From IMG/VR virus record IMGVR_UViG_3300005529_000043, positions 1 to 56,427 of that record: a DNA stretch of 56,427 nucleotides; one strand, written 5' to 3'. This DNA comes from a virus (taxonomy: Duplodnaviria > Caudoviricetes). The notes below the pieces were generated by a model, which saw only the letters and a list, made by a program, of their open reading frames with translations, made no database searches and was not told where the DNA came from. Both the position numbers and the translations under genes were made by a program. Below, piece after piece: positions 28,577-39,600 of this stretch (position 1 is its first letter; each line of letters starts with the position of its first letter).

Positions 28577-29446
28577 ATGTGTGTAATTGTGGTAAAGAAG
28601 CCAACGGATATTCTCACGAACGCGGATTTCAGACTCTTCGCTCGTGAGAATACAGATGGCTGGGGTTTCGTTTATAATGATGAAAAGGGGACGCACGCAG
28701 TGAAGGGGATGAAACTCCCCCAACTCTTTCAGGCCGCGCCCGTGCTTGAGGGCAAGGAAGCAGTCCTGCATTTTCGTTTGTCAACGCACGGAACGAAAAC
28801 GGAAGAGAATTGTCACCCATTCGAAGTGCTTCCAGGGCTTTACTTCCTGCACAACGGCATTTTGCCTATCGCGTGCAGTAAAGATAAGAAGCGTTCCGAT
28901 ACGTGGCACTTCGCGGAATTAGTGCTAAAGCCGATGTTTGCGGCGATTCCCTCCGCTAAGTTGAGCGACTACATCCGGAGTGGAGCGTTTCGCTATCTAC
29001 TCGAATCCGCAATCGGAGCAACTAACAAAGTTGTGCTCTTTGATTCTTTCGGTCCTGTCATTTTCAATCGGGACAAGTGGAGCGAAAAGACCGGCCCAAA
29101 AGGGTTGCTTATGAGCAACGGCTATCCCTATCTTTTTTCGTTTCGCGACGATCCGTTCGAGGATACGGAATTCCCGTTTGGCGCGAATAAAGCCAAGAAG
29201 TGGAGGTCGGAAGATGAATGGCAATACGAAGCGCCGCCGCTGTCCACGCTAACGCCGGATAGCTTTATCGACTTCTTGGAAGAAATGCCGGAACATCGAC
29301 TTTGTGATCCGTCATGGCTTTTCGAAAACGATATTACTCCGGGGATGATCGAAGACTTCGTCTCTTTCTATCCCGCCGAAAGCGCAAAACTACTGGCTAA
29401 ACTCGCGGAGGAATATCAAACCTACGTTCAGTATTATTATGAATAA
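28577..29446 (+). CDS. Class II (Ntn) glutamine amidotransferase
   Basis: MC start, N.DGWG, HFRLSTHG, NCHPF, HNG, SDT. Confidence 0.9.
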   Translation: MCVIVVKKPTDILTNADFRLFARENTDGWGFVYNDEKGTHAVKGMKLPQLFQAAPVLEGKEAVLHFRLSTHGTKTEENCHPFEVLPGLYFLHNGILPIACSKDKKRSDTWHFAELVLKPMFAAIPSAKLSDYIRSGAFRYLLESAIGATNKVVLFDSFGPVIFNRDKWSEKTGPKGLLMSNGYPYLFSFRDDPFEDTEFPFGANKAKKWRSEDEWQYEAPPLSTLTPDSFIDFLEEMPEHRLCDPSWLFENDITPGMIEDFVSFYPAESAKLLAKLAEEYQTYVQYYYE

Positions 29447-29648
29447 CTGCAAATATCTCGAAAGAAAAGCGGTTCCCGAATCGGCCCTAACGCTCTTCGA
29501 TGGGCCGGGGGGCCGCATATACTTCGTGCGGGAAGACGGGTTCGAATACGAAAAACCGATGCTGTACTTTCGCCTCCCGGACGGAACGATTCGCGCCTTA
29601 TCGCTACTCGGCGAGTTTCGCGCTATGCGAACCGCTCTTTCCAGTTAG
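29439..29648 (+). CDS. Small hypothetical protein
   Basis: Overlaps GATase stop. Confidence 0.5.
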   Translation: MNNCKYLERKAVPESALTLFDGPGGRIYFVREDGFEYEKPMLYFRLPDGTIRALSLLGEFRAMRTALSS

Positions 29649-29662
29649 CACACACAACCCTT

Positions 29663-29714
29663 AACCCTGCCGTGAGACGGTCACACTACGAGAGTTCGAA
29701 TCTCTCGCCGGGTT
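29663..29714 (+). ncRNA. tRNA-like element E (no anticodon arm)
   Basis: AACCCTGC/GCCGGGTT (one mismatch), GTGA-GACGG-TCAC D-like hairpin, GAGAG-TTCGAAT-CTCTC. Confidence 0.65.
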
Positions 29715-29749
29715 CTTATTTCTATTCCCATTAACCGGAGGGACAAACG

Positions 29750-30268
29750 ATGCAACTACCGAGATTAAAGGCGTCCGACATGTATCTTTATGAGGAGCAG
29801 GACGCAACTCATGAGATAGCACAGACATTCCGCTATCTTGCGGAGCCTCAAGAAATCGCGAAGGAGCGCGCCTGCGCTATCGCTCAGGCCGTGAACCGTC
29901 ACGATAACCTGATCCGCGCAGTCACTTGTGTGCTGAACTGTATCGAAGGGCACGAAGAAATCAAGCACCCATTCGAAGACTACGAACCGGAGTCGCTCAG
30001 ACAGTTACAGGACATGGTTCGCGATATTCGGGCAGGGGCAGACGACTTGGAGGATATGAGCGGGAACGTTTCCCAGGCCTCACGAACGAACGATAACAAG
30101 CGAACGATCCGGGAACTAACGGAAGCCTTGGAGGCGGCGGTTCAGCGGCTCGTTAGTTTAGATAGACAGCTACTCGCGGAGCTTGGAATTAAATTCGAGA
30201 ACGATTTAGGAGAGATGATTCGCGGACGCGCCGCACTCGCCAAAGCGAAAGGAGAGCAACATGCTTGA
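29750..30268 (+). CDS. Hypothetical phage protein
   Basis: GGAGG upstream; ends RAALAKAKGE typical of phage early proteins. Confidence 0.6.
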   Translation: MQLPRLKASDMYLYEEQDATHEIAQTFRYLAEPQEIAKERACAIAQAVNRHDNLIRAVTCVLNCIEGHEEIKHPFEDYEPESLRQLQDMVRDIRAGADDLEDMSGNVSQASRTNDNKRTIRELTEALEAAVQRLVSLDRQLLAELGIKFENDLGEMIRGRAALAKAKGEQHA

Positions 30269-30602
30269 CACAACTCGCATCATATCCATCGACCCGGAGA
30301 AACGCAAGCCGTGTGAGGCGTGCTCCGGCACGGGCTGGCTGTTCGCGAGTACGTCGTTTAAGATCGAACGATGCGATGCGTGCGAACAATACACGAACGA
30401 CGCCTACGGTGCATTAGCGTTCGCCGAGGACGTATATATCGAAAGCAAAGGCGAGGTTACCGTTCGCATTTCGGCACAGCTTCAGCGCGGCGAAGCGAGT
30501 AGCTGGTGGTTTTTCGCTAATCCGAAATACGTCTCGGGATTCGTTCTCGCGGTAGCAAAACTGTTCCCGGACTACAATCCCTTATCGGACGAATTCCGCT
30601 AA
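30261..30602 (+). CDS. Hypothetical protein with CxxC pairs
   Basis: CEACSGTG..IERCDAC. Confidence 0.6.
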   Translation: MLDTTRIISIDPEKRKPCEACSGTGWLFASTSFKIERCDACEQYTNDAYGALAFAEDVYIESKGEVTVRISAQLQRGEASSWWFFANPKYVSGFVLAVAKLFPDYNPLSDEFR

Positions 30603-30644
30603 CCCCGTTTGGAACATGCGCCGGTTCGATTCCGGCGCGGGGTT
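30601..30644 (+). ncRNA. tRNA-like element F (44-nt minihelix)
   Basis: AACCCCGT/GCGGGGTT, 11-nt GG-containing linker, GCCGG-TTCGATT-CCGGC. Confidence 0.7.
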
Positions 30645-30665
30645 CTATTTACTATCCTAAACGAC

Positions 30666-31004
30666 ATGAAACTTACGGAACGAGAAACTGCAACCGTGCT
30701 GGCGGCCTTGCGCTACTGGCAGGAAGACTTCGGCATTGCCGGTGGCGCGCTTCGAATGCCGCTCCACTTCAACGACTGCGATCCGCTCACGTCCAAGGAG
30801 ATCGACGACTTGTGTGAGCGCATTAATGTCGTCGAGGGTGATGACGCCGAGGGTATGGAGCGATTCGTACGAGAAATTGCGGACGACGAAACGCGTTGCA
30901 CCTGCGCGGACGAGAGTTACTTCGGGGAAGACCATACCTCGAACTGCGTATTCGCTAATGCCCACGAACTCATTTACGGATATAGACCGGAGGGGAAACC
31001 ATGA
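30666..31004 (+). CDS. Hypothetical phage protein
   Basis: Start re-called at ATG 30666; ATVLAALRYWQ..EIDDLCERIN. Confidence 0.65.
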   Translation: MKLTERETATVLAALRYWQEDFGIAGGALRMPLHFNDCDPLTSKEIDDLCERINVVEGDDAEGMERFVREIADDETRCTCADESYFGEDHTSNCVFANAHELIYGYRPEGKP

Positions 31005-31270
31005 CCCGAACAGAACTCTTACGCCGCTTTCCCGAACTGGGAACCGACGAGCCGCTGAGCGGCGCAGACGTTGTTGACCGGCTCTCCGCGTGGTATAACG
31101 AACTGACAAACGACGATGGCGAGGCCGACTTCGGCTTCGTTCCGTCCCCGGCGCTCGCCGATGCGTGGGAGCGATACCAAGCGGGCCAAGCCGTCTCTCA
31201 GTACGAGCTTCGCCGATTAGACGAGGAACGCGCTTTGTATTACGAGCGAAAGGAGTATGAAGATGACTAA
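31001..31270 (+). CDS. Small acidic protein
   Basis: ATGA overlap, GGAGG upstream. Confidence 0.55.
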   Translation: MTRTELLRRFPELGTDEPLSGADVVDRLSAWYNELTNDDGEADFGFVPSPALADAWERYQAGQAVSQYELRRLDEERALYYERKEYEDD

Positions 31271-31670
31271 GAGGATCATTGTACGCGAGATCGAGGAAAA
31301 CGAAGAATACGAGGTTTCCCAGCGTGTGGAAAGGTATCGGTTCCAATACGACTTTGAGTGTCTTGGACGTTCAACGTGGATCGTATGGGGATGGGATGAA
31401 GGCGCTGGCGATTATACGGACTTCCTCGACACCATTGACGCCGAATACGGCCACATTGAGGACGCCGTGCGCGAATTTTTCAAACTCAACGTGTATGGCG
31501 TTTATAAACAGTTCCGTCGCGGGCGCGGCTATGAGAAGCCCGCGTTCACGGTGCAGGCCGGCAACTACGAGGAGGCATACGAGCAAGCCCTCGCGCATTT
31601 AGGCTACAAAGACCTCGTTGGCGGTGCAATGGTGGGGGATGTAGAAATCGAAATCCAAAAGGAAGGATGA
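31257..31670 (+). CDS. Hypothetical protein
   Basis: Operon-packed, AAGGAG upstream. Confidence 0.55.
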   Translation: MKMTKRIIVREIEENEEYEVSQRVERYRFQYDFECLGRSTWIVWGWDEGAGDYTDFLDTIDAEYGHIEDAVREFFKLNVYGVYKQFRRGRGYEKPAFTVQAGNYEEAYEQALAHLGYKDLVGGAMVGDVEIEIQKEG

Positions 31671-31674
31671 GAAG

Positions 31675-31998
31675 ATGCCTAAATACACCGTACATATCTA
31701 TGCGGTCGCAAGGGTTCCCGTTGAGGTCGAGGCCGAGTCGATGGAGGGGGCCATTAAGAAGGCCGAAGAAAAGACGAACCTCTACGATGTTCTGGATAGC
31801 GAGAAGGCGTCGTTTGCAGAGGAAGTAACGGGCTATCTCGTCGATGTCGAAGGCGACGAGGGGTGCGAAAACTCCCGCTACTTTAATACGGACGACCTTA
31901 CCTCGGTTTCCTTCCGCTTTCTGGGTGGCGAGGGTTCGGCCCCGCTTGCGTTCGCCAACGAAGGCGACGGCGAAAACGAAAGATCGTGGGAATCTTAA
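31675..31998 (+). CDS. Hypothetical phage protein
   Basis: MPKYTVH..VEAES.E.A motif. Confidence 0.6.
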   Translation: MPKYTVHIYAVARVPVEVEAESMEGAIKKAEEKTNLYDVLDSEKASFAEEVTGYLVDVEGDEGCENSRYFNTDDLTSVSFRFLGGEGSAPLAFANEGDGENERSWES

Positions 31999-32006
31999 AT
32001 CCCACC

Positions 32007-32080
32007 GGGAGCGACAGGTTGGTGTCGGTCATGCCGCTAAGCGGGGCCGTGAATGGGGTTCGACTCCCCTCGCTTCCACA
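32007..32080 (+). ncRNA. tRNA-like element G with G3-U70/A73
   Basis: GGGAGCG/CGCTTCC-A, GGGG-TTCGACT-CCCC, internal TCATG/CGTGA and CCGC-TAA-GCGG stems. Confidence 0.65.
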
Positions 32081-32136
32081 AACGACAAACAGACGAGTGT
32101 GCCACCCAAGCCCACTCGTCACAACCAAAAACGACT

Positions 32137-32502
32137 ATGGAGAACAAACCACACGGCGCTCCTCACGCGAGGAGCGTCACGGAATTAGTCCTCATGGCAA
32201 AACGTGAGGACGCGACCGAGCTGGTGCGTCTGCGCCGCCGGTTACTACGCAACGCCAAAGCCCGGCTCCTACGCTGCAACGAGGATTTGGCAATCTTACG
32301 CTCGCGATTTCACCCCGGCGACCTCGTCCACTTCCAACCGGACACGGAAGAGGAATGCCTGGGCGGACGCTACATCAAGATCGACATAGTGCTTCCGACC
32401 GACACCGGATACCCTCGCTACGTTGGCACCGACTATCAAACAGGTGACGAACTAACGATGTCGTGGCGGGAGGCCGAGACGGCGGAGCTTTTAGACGAGT
32501 AA
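32137..32502 (+). CDS. Hypothetical protein
   Basis: Start re-called at ATG 32137 after motif variant AACCAAAAACGACT. Confidence 0.55.
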   Translation: MENKPHGAPHARSVTELVLMAKREDATELVRLRRRLLRNAKARLLRCNEDLAILRSRFHPGDLVHFQPDTEEECLGGRYIKIDIVLPTDTGYPRYVGTDYQTGDELTMSWREAETAELLDE

Positions 32503-32524
32503 CTTTTTAAACCCAAACGACAAT

Positions 32525-32815
32525 ATGACGACGTTAGAGAAGAAGATCGAGCGGGTGACCGCTCAACGCTACAGCATTGCCCGTAACAAGCCGGTCGTCG
32601 TTGGGCTGATCCCCGCGAACCCGGCTCCGGACGCACCGGTGGCTGAGCGCAAGGAACGCCTTTCGATCCGCATTGCACGAACGAAAGAGACGCACTACAT
32701 CGCGCTCGAAGACATTATCAAAAAAGCCTTATTCGAAAATGCGATGGCGGTCGCCGAGGAGAATGTCCGCACGCGGGCGATCCGTCGCAAAGTCAGGAGG
32801 GGGGCGTTGGGATGA
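32525..32815 (+). CDS. Small basic protein
   Basis: Preceded by AACCCAAACGACA. Confidence 0.6.
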   Translation: MTTLEKKIERVTAQRYSIARNKPVVVGLIPANPAPDAPVAERKERLSIRIARTKETHYIALEDIIKKALFENAMAVAEENVRTRAIRRKVRRGALG

Positions 32816-33067
32816 GGTGGCGATTCAAGAATCTAAGCGAGTGGCACCGCTGGTTTGCGTGGTTCCCAGTGCGCCTTGACGACGTGGGCGTAACAGTCTG
32901 GCTTGAATATGTCGAGCGGAGATTCGATGCGTGCGCGAACCGGTATTATAGGGAGGTGACCGCGCGATGACGGAGAGCGAAACAAAAACAGAGTACGAGG
33001 TTCGCTGCTATCATGGGTTTGTGAAGCTGCTCAAAGTAACGACTACGACACGAGAGCTTAAATTCTG

Positions 33068-33250
33068 ATGAAGGCCATAGATATTCGTATATTGCAAGCG
33101 GTGTTCAAGAAGCACAACAAGCTCACGTCCCGCTATTCGTGGGAGCCTCACGAGATTGTGGAGTACGAGCGGCTTATGAAGGAGTTAAATGGAGTGGAGA
33201 CTGTTTATATCGAGGAAGAGGGAACCCATGAGACTTCAGATCGACCTTGA
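33068..33250 (+). CDS. Small hypothetical protein
   Basis: Operon-packed. Confidence 0.4.
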   Translation: MKAIDIRILQAVFKKHNKLTSRYSWEPHEIVEYERLMKELNGVETVYIEEEGTHETSDRP

Positions 33251-33458
33251 ACTGCATATCGACCCGCTGGTGTTGCGTGGAATGCGTGCCGCCGTGCTGG
33301 CCGAATGCGAAAACGCCGCGAGCGCGCACGATCCCCATGTCTCGGAACGAGCGCATGCGTGGTTCGACTTGAGATCGCTGCTTAACCTCGTTGCGCTGAA
33401 GGGGAAAATTCTTCACCCGGAGGCCGACTGGGATGAGCCGCGCTTCGTTGAATTTTAG
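33228..33458 (+). CDS. Small hypothetical protein
   Basis: Start re-called at ATG 33228. Confidence 0.4.
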   Translation: MRLQIDLELHIDPLVLRGMRAAVLAECENAASAHDPHVSERAHAWFDLRSLLNLVALKGKILHPEADWDEPRFVEF

Positions 33459-33464
33459 GAGAGC

Positions 33465-33617
33465 TGTGCGTTGGGCGGAGCGAAAAGGAAGAGACTTCTT
33501 CCTTTCGCCCGCGCATGGACCGGGGCGATCGCGTGTAGAGCGACTGCACGGATCGCCCTCTTTACGCCCGGCAATCCGAACAGACTGTACCGCCTCTCTC
33601 GCCCGGAAGAGAGGCGG
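33465..33617 (+). other. Three consecutive strong hairpins at convergent junction
   Basis: GGGCGGAG/TTTCGCCC with GGAAGA/TCTTCC; GGGCGATC/GATCGCCC with CGTGTAG/CTGCACG; CCGCCTCTC/GAGAGGCGG. Confidence 0.55.
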
Positions 33618-33627
33618 CATTAATCGC

Positions 33628-36600
33628 TCAATGCTCGATCGTAAACTGCACGGCTTTATGTTGACCCTGCGTTTGAAGATCGGCATAATAAATACCGCTT
33701 GGAAGTTTGGAGCAATCGAGTTGGAGGCAGAGGCCCAGTTCAGCCTCGGGAGTGGCATTGTACAGCGTGGCGATTTGCGTTCCCATTTCGTTAACGACAT
33801 CGACTGTTACCTGAATCTGGGCAGGCAAGTCCTCAACGCACACTTTCACGGTTCCTTTGACCGGATTCGGATGCACCGTCACGACCAGGTCCTGCTGCTG
33901 CGGGGAGCCTAATGCGGTCGGTGAGGCCTTTTTATAACCCGCCCCTCCGGAAGTATCGGTAGCCTCCGGAAACGAAATCCCGGTCGAGTACAACTCCTCC
34001 TGGACAAGCTGGCCTTGCGTGGCACTGTCTTTAGTCGCTATGACGGTCACGTAGGCGGTCCCCGATGGCGTCGGAACAAGGGGTGCATAAATATGGTAGC
34101 CCTGACCGGTAATTGTGGTATCCCCCGGATCGAGCCCCGGACAACTATAGTTACCGCTACCCGGATTTCTGCCATAAATGACCGCCGAATCGATCACCTG
34201 AGTGATTTCCCCCGTAGCAGAATCCTTGACTACCATTTTGTAAGAAAAATAGTTGGATGGACTCTCCAGCACGAGCGAAAGCTGCGTCGTATCGACAACG
34301 AGTACTCGGTCCATTTCGAGCGTATCCCCCGATGAGACCGCAAAATAATTCGTTCGAACGGTATCTTGCGTCAGTGGCCACGACACTTGCGTAATTCCGT
34401 TCTCCGAATCGTCAATGGCATATTCCTGAAAGGTTCCAAGAGGCTGGTGTTGCCAAACTGGATTTATCCAATTCCCTGTGGGATTTGGAGGTGGCTGAAT
34501 GACAGACCCTCCGCCGGTCAGATGAAGATAAATCGGTACAGCGCATTGTTCTGCGACCGACAACGGCATTACCTTCAATTCTTTTATCAGTTCCGAAGGC
34601 GCCTGCATTTCAGCTGGAGTTCCCGGCGACGTAACGACCTGTGCAGCGTATAGGCCGTTCTCATCGGCAACCGTGCCTCGGTAAGTCAACACGCCAAGGT
34701 CGGGAGGCACATCGCACTCATAGGGCAGCGATACGTTCCCGAACTGGGCATAGTCTTTAAGCTTGGTCATCCCATTCCATACGGGGGAAACTCCTGGCGA
34801 TGAGGTCTTACATCGGCTCAAGAATTCCTGGTGGACAAATGTGTCCTGATAAATTTCTTCTTTTATTACGGAAGCAGAACCATTGCAAAGAATGTCCTCA
34901 TATCTCAACTGAGGTTGCGGAACGTTGACGTTATTTTTTCCGTCACTGGCGAATGGCTGAAACGAAGTGAGATCGCCCCACACGTTCATCGGATAATACC
35001 ATCCGAGCATTTCCCGAAGAATAGACCTCGTTGCTTGTCCGGGAACCGGAACTTCCCAGGTAATGCCCGGCACTGCAAAATTGGCAGAATTATTCGGTTC
35101 GACGGCGATCATCGGGTGGATGTTTTTACAAGCACCAAACGAAACCTGCGTCGTTAAAAACTTATTGTAGGTTGTCGTTGCCAGTGGATGATCGACATAC
35201 GTGAAATCGATGTCGCTCGACCCGTCCGGATGATCGGCTTCCCAGGCAAAATAGAAGCGTTCGTAAGAATACCCGACATAGCCCGGCGGCTCGTGCGGTG
35301 GATCGAGTTTCGTTTGATCGTACGAAGCGATCGAACACATTCGAAATTGGTCCGTCGCTTTTGAGGGTAGTAGAACGGTATTAACCCCACCGCTATCTAA
35401 AACCTCGAGTGCCGTGACGGTCGTTGCCCCGCTGGTATATGCTACCAGATATCCCTCGCAAGCCGGTGTAATCACCGGAGTCACAAGATTGAAGGAGTTT
35501 TCCCCGACATTCCCGGTAATGTCATGCACTCTCGGCGTAAGATATGGCAGTGCCGTCGCAAGGGTAGCGGTCGTCCATGTCGCATAATTCGAAGATGGAT
35601 CGCTTTTGGCGAACATCACCTTTCGGGTTCCCTTCGTTTGATCGTTTGTAAAATCATCGACAGAGAACACGATCGCAACTTCGCCAGGTCTTGCATCGGG
35701 ATTGTGATCGAAAGCATATTGCGAGACAGAGGCTATGGAAGGATTGTGGCCGTCCTGGGTATGATCGGTGCCAGGATCGTACACGACCTGCGGCGCATAT
35801 AAGCCCGTCCCGGAAATTCCGATCGGGTCCTGCGCTTCATTCTGCGTGCGGCAAAACATGATCTTCCCGTTCTGCTCCCACACCACCCCATAATCGGCAG
35901 TCGAGCCTTTGGGACCAATCTTGGCGATCCGGTGACCGTTATTATATGCCATCCCCGCATAGGGAGTGCGGCCAAGTTCGAGCGAAGTGGCCGGTGCGAT
36001 CCTCAATAAAGTGCCTTCGCCCGGGTCGAGTTCTAATTCGTAGTCCGTCGGACTGGAAGCCTTATCAACGAAGGTCTTTCCCGTGCGAAGATTTGTGATC
36101 GTGTAATACTGAACCCCGCTGCTGGACCAATTTACAGTATTGCCCTGAAAATCCGTCCAATTCGGCTTGAGTACCAAATCGACTATTCTCGCGTCGATAG
36201 CTCCCAAATACTCGATACTATTATTTGGAGCTGTCGGGTCAAACTGTTGGACGGACGCAATCGAACCATTGGGATTATAATTATAGTTGATCGGCCATGT
36301 CCTTCGGTTTGCGATGGTTACATAAATTGCGTCCTGATCGACAGGGTCGCCGGCATCATTCGGATCGTGGAATATACCAACATTATAGTAGAGTGGGCTT
36401 GTGGTGCCGTTATCAAAATTCCCGCTGTGGTGTGTAAAAGGAATAGCCGTTGCATTTGGTGCGGCAAATGGAGTCTGCTGATCGACCTGAAAACTTGTGT
36501 CGATCGTTAGCGGGAACATCGGCTCGCCAGATGGATGCGGACCGTCCTTGCTATAGATATAAGCGTTCCCATTCGAATTTAGAACCTGACCTGAAGCCCA

Positions 36601-39600
36601 GGTTTGATCCGAGGTCAGCGCGGGATGATTCCCGGAGTTAATCTGGGCTTCTGCACTTACAAAATCCGCATAATTGAATGCCGTCACCCACTGCAAAGTT
36701 TTCAGTTCTTGCGCGATCGGCGCAATATCCGCCGTGGAACGCTTTACTCCATCCGATCGATCTTTCATACCGTAGTAGGTTGGAATATGAGTAATCGGAG
36801 CAACGATCCAACCCCCTGGATAAAATAGCGGCGCATGATAGTACCAGGGGCTTGCATATGCATGAACGCTATGTCCAGGAAAATCACCATCGAGAGTCCG
36901 ATCGAAGGCGAGCCAATCAGAAACACCTGGCAACCCGTCTTGCGTAGCGGTATTAGCGGTGACAAGCTGCGAACTGTCGTTGATTGTTGTTGCGAACCAG
37001 GGACCCGCCGCACTCCCATAATTGGTAGTGAGATTGACGTCCGGCACTTTAAACGACGCATCAGGCCAGTAGGTCGTACCGGTATTAACACCGGCATAAT
37101 TTTGGACAGCTTCTATATACTCATCAATCATATTGACGCCATTGGTATTTGTTGCCGTAAGCTGGGTTCCAGCATCGATTAAGATTGTACCAGTGGGAGA
37201 ATTGCCGTTATGATTAGGATAAACCTTAAGATCGCTCAAGGCTGGCACCCAACATTTACTTCCAGCCTGATTCATTACATAACGGTCAGGGAAAGTGGTC
37301 GAAGGATCATGGTTTGCTGTCGTAGCAAAAGGAATTAATCGGTCGGGAGGCAAAAAATTCCACCCTGGAAATTCACTAAAAAGAGGTGAACTATTTGTTG
37401 GTTCGCCGTGTGAAATATCTGAGAACCCGCTATTAATATTATCTTCGAAGTTGTTGCCGCATAGCCCTACGTTTCCGCCTGCGTCGGAACCCATTGGATT
37501 GTAGATTATTCCTTTCGCTCCCCAGGCAATGCCATCCCAGGTCTCTTCCCTGATTTCCCATGGAGTTACCGGTTGATCTTCAAATCTAAAGTAATCAGCT
37601 AAAGATGGCATGCTCGGCTGCCAATAAAAAGGACCTGTCCCGCAAGAGCAACCAGGACTGGAATTCGCCGGAGGAGTCCCGGCGGCCGGGGGTATAACAT
37701 GCTTCGGATCTGGGGGGAAGCAGTAATAATAATAAGAACTACAGCATCCGGACGTATATTTTACCCACGAGCCGACGGAATATTGTTTTGAACTATCATA
37801 GAGAGGGATTGGTGATGGTACAAAACTGCTTAGTTGAGAATAGGATAGGCTGGATGGAATTGAACTATCTGATTTAAGATCGTTATAGAGCGTTGCTCTT
37901 AGGCCATTCTGTCCGTTTTCGATGAGCGGCCAGGCATTATACGGTTGCGCCCCAGCAAATACCGAAGGATAACTAAAATAGGGAACCCATTCTGAAGCGG
38001 GTTTATCCTGTGGATAACACGTTTCAGCCGTCTGCTTGTTTGCAGCGGTTACGCCACGGGATGCAATCTGAAACCGAGCCGTATAGGTAGCGTAATCGTC
38101 ACTATCGCTTGTGCCGCCTAACGTTGTAGCCCCGTAGGTGCCACTTGGATTCGCTGTCGTCACCGAATTGGCTCCATTCCATCCAGTGATACTCAAGCCA
38201 AGTTCCAAAAAACCCGTATGATTTTTTAATTCGGCTGGAATAGCATCCCCGGCGAACAGCATTCCGGCGAAGGGATTGCCGTTAGCATCATCACAACAGT
38301 TAAAGTACGCCGGGTTCCCATTCGCGCCAGTAGGAGTGTTGGAATATGTTGGACCTCCGGTAAAGTAAAAAGGTCTTGGTTTAAAGTCATGATCGGGTCG
38401 CGGATATTGCCCGAACTGAATGCTCTCATTTTGAAATGCAGGGGGCGGAGCGTTTGTCCTTGATTGATCCTCGTAAATGGGACGCCACAAAGCCAAATTA
38501 CTGCCAAGGTTGCTGCCGGCTCCTGTAATAATGGTAAAAAAGTCTTTTTGGACCCCGCCGTTTTGTGGCTTCTTCGAAAATGCGCGGAACTGTTCATTGA
38601 TATATGCAAAACAGCGGAAGAACGGCCAGTCGCCCTCGTTACCGATGTTCAGGCCCAACGCGCCGTTCCATAAGTTTGCCGCATTCGCGTTCGAGTAATA
38701 GGCACTAAAGCTACTAAGCAAGCCATGTGGCAAATTTAAGTTAAATTGGGCAAGATCGAGGTTCCCGCCTGAGCCATCGGGACCCGTATGAGCATTATCG
38801 AAGTATCCGCGATATAAATCGTCCGCCCAGTTCGAACGGATACGAACTCCGCGTACGTAAATGCCGTCGCTTGCCGCCGCTTTTACAAGATTAAACTTTA
38901 TCGGGCAAGCCCCGCTATTAAGATTGTTAGTGTAGTTACTTAATAGCGTTCCGCCGCTAAGTTGTACCTTGATTCGGATTACGGCATATGGTTGAGGTTT
39001 ATAATTAGATAATGGGAATGGCGGACTCAGGCTTCTATTTGGAAATCTCAAGTAATTTAAGTTTTCGGTCGGATGCAATGCAAAATCTCGAGCAGTGTCG
39101 GGCACTGGATTGCTCGCATCGACACCGATATAGTCCAGATAGCTCTGGAAATGCGTTGGGTCCGCGTGCGTGTCGGTATAATTAATGGGAATGATGCTCG
39201 TCCCGGCTACAGGGGCGTTTCCGGTCGTAGGTGTCAACCAATGCGCTCCATCATCCGCTGAGTAGGTGATCGTCGCCGAGCCGCCAGTCGTTTGAAGGTT
39301 GCATAAAAGATTATAGACAGTTGTCGGAGAGGATGGATAATCAGTCGGATCGAGCCGGTAAATGAAGTCGATATAAAAGGTTGTTGCCGGTGTCGGATTT
39401 TCAGGCGAGCCAACCACCCCAATATAGGTTCCTGGATCGAAAATTTCGGTCCCATCAGTATGTTGATTGAAATCCCATAAATAATAAACGTTTGGATCAT
39501 TTGGGCTTAATGGATCGTCGGAGGGATTTTGAATTCCAATATTCGGTCCGGGAGGGTCGATATAATATTCGTTATTGCCTTTTAAAGGATCTCCTGGCGC

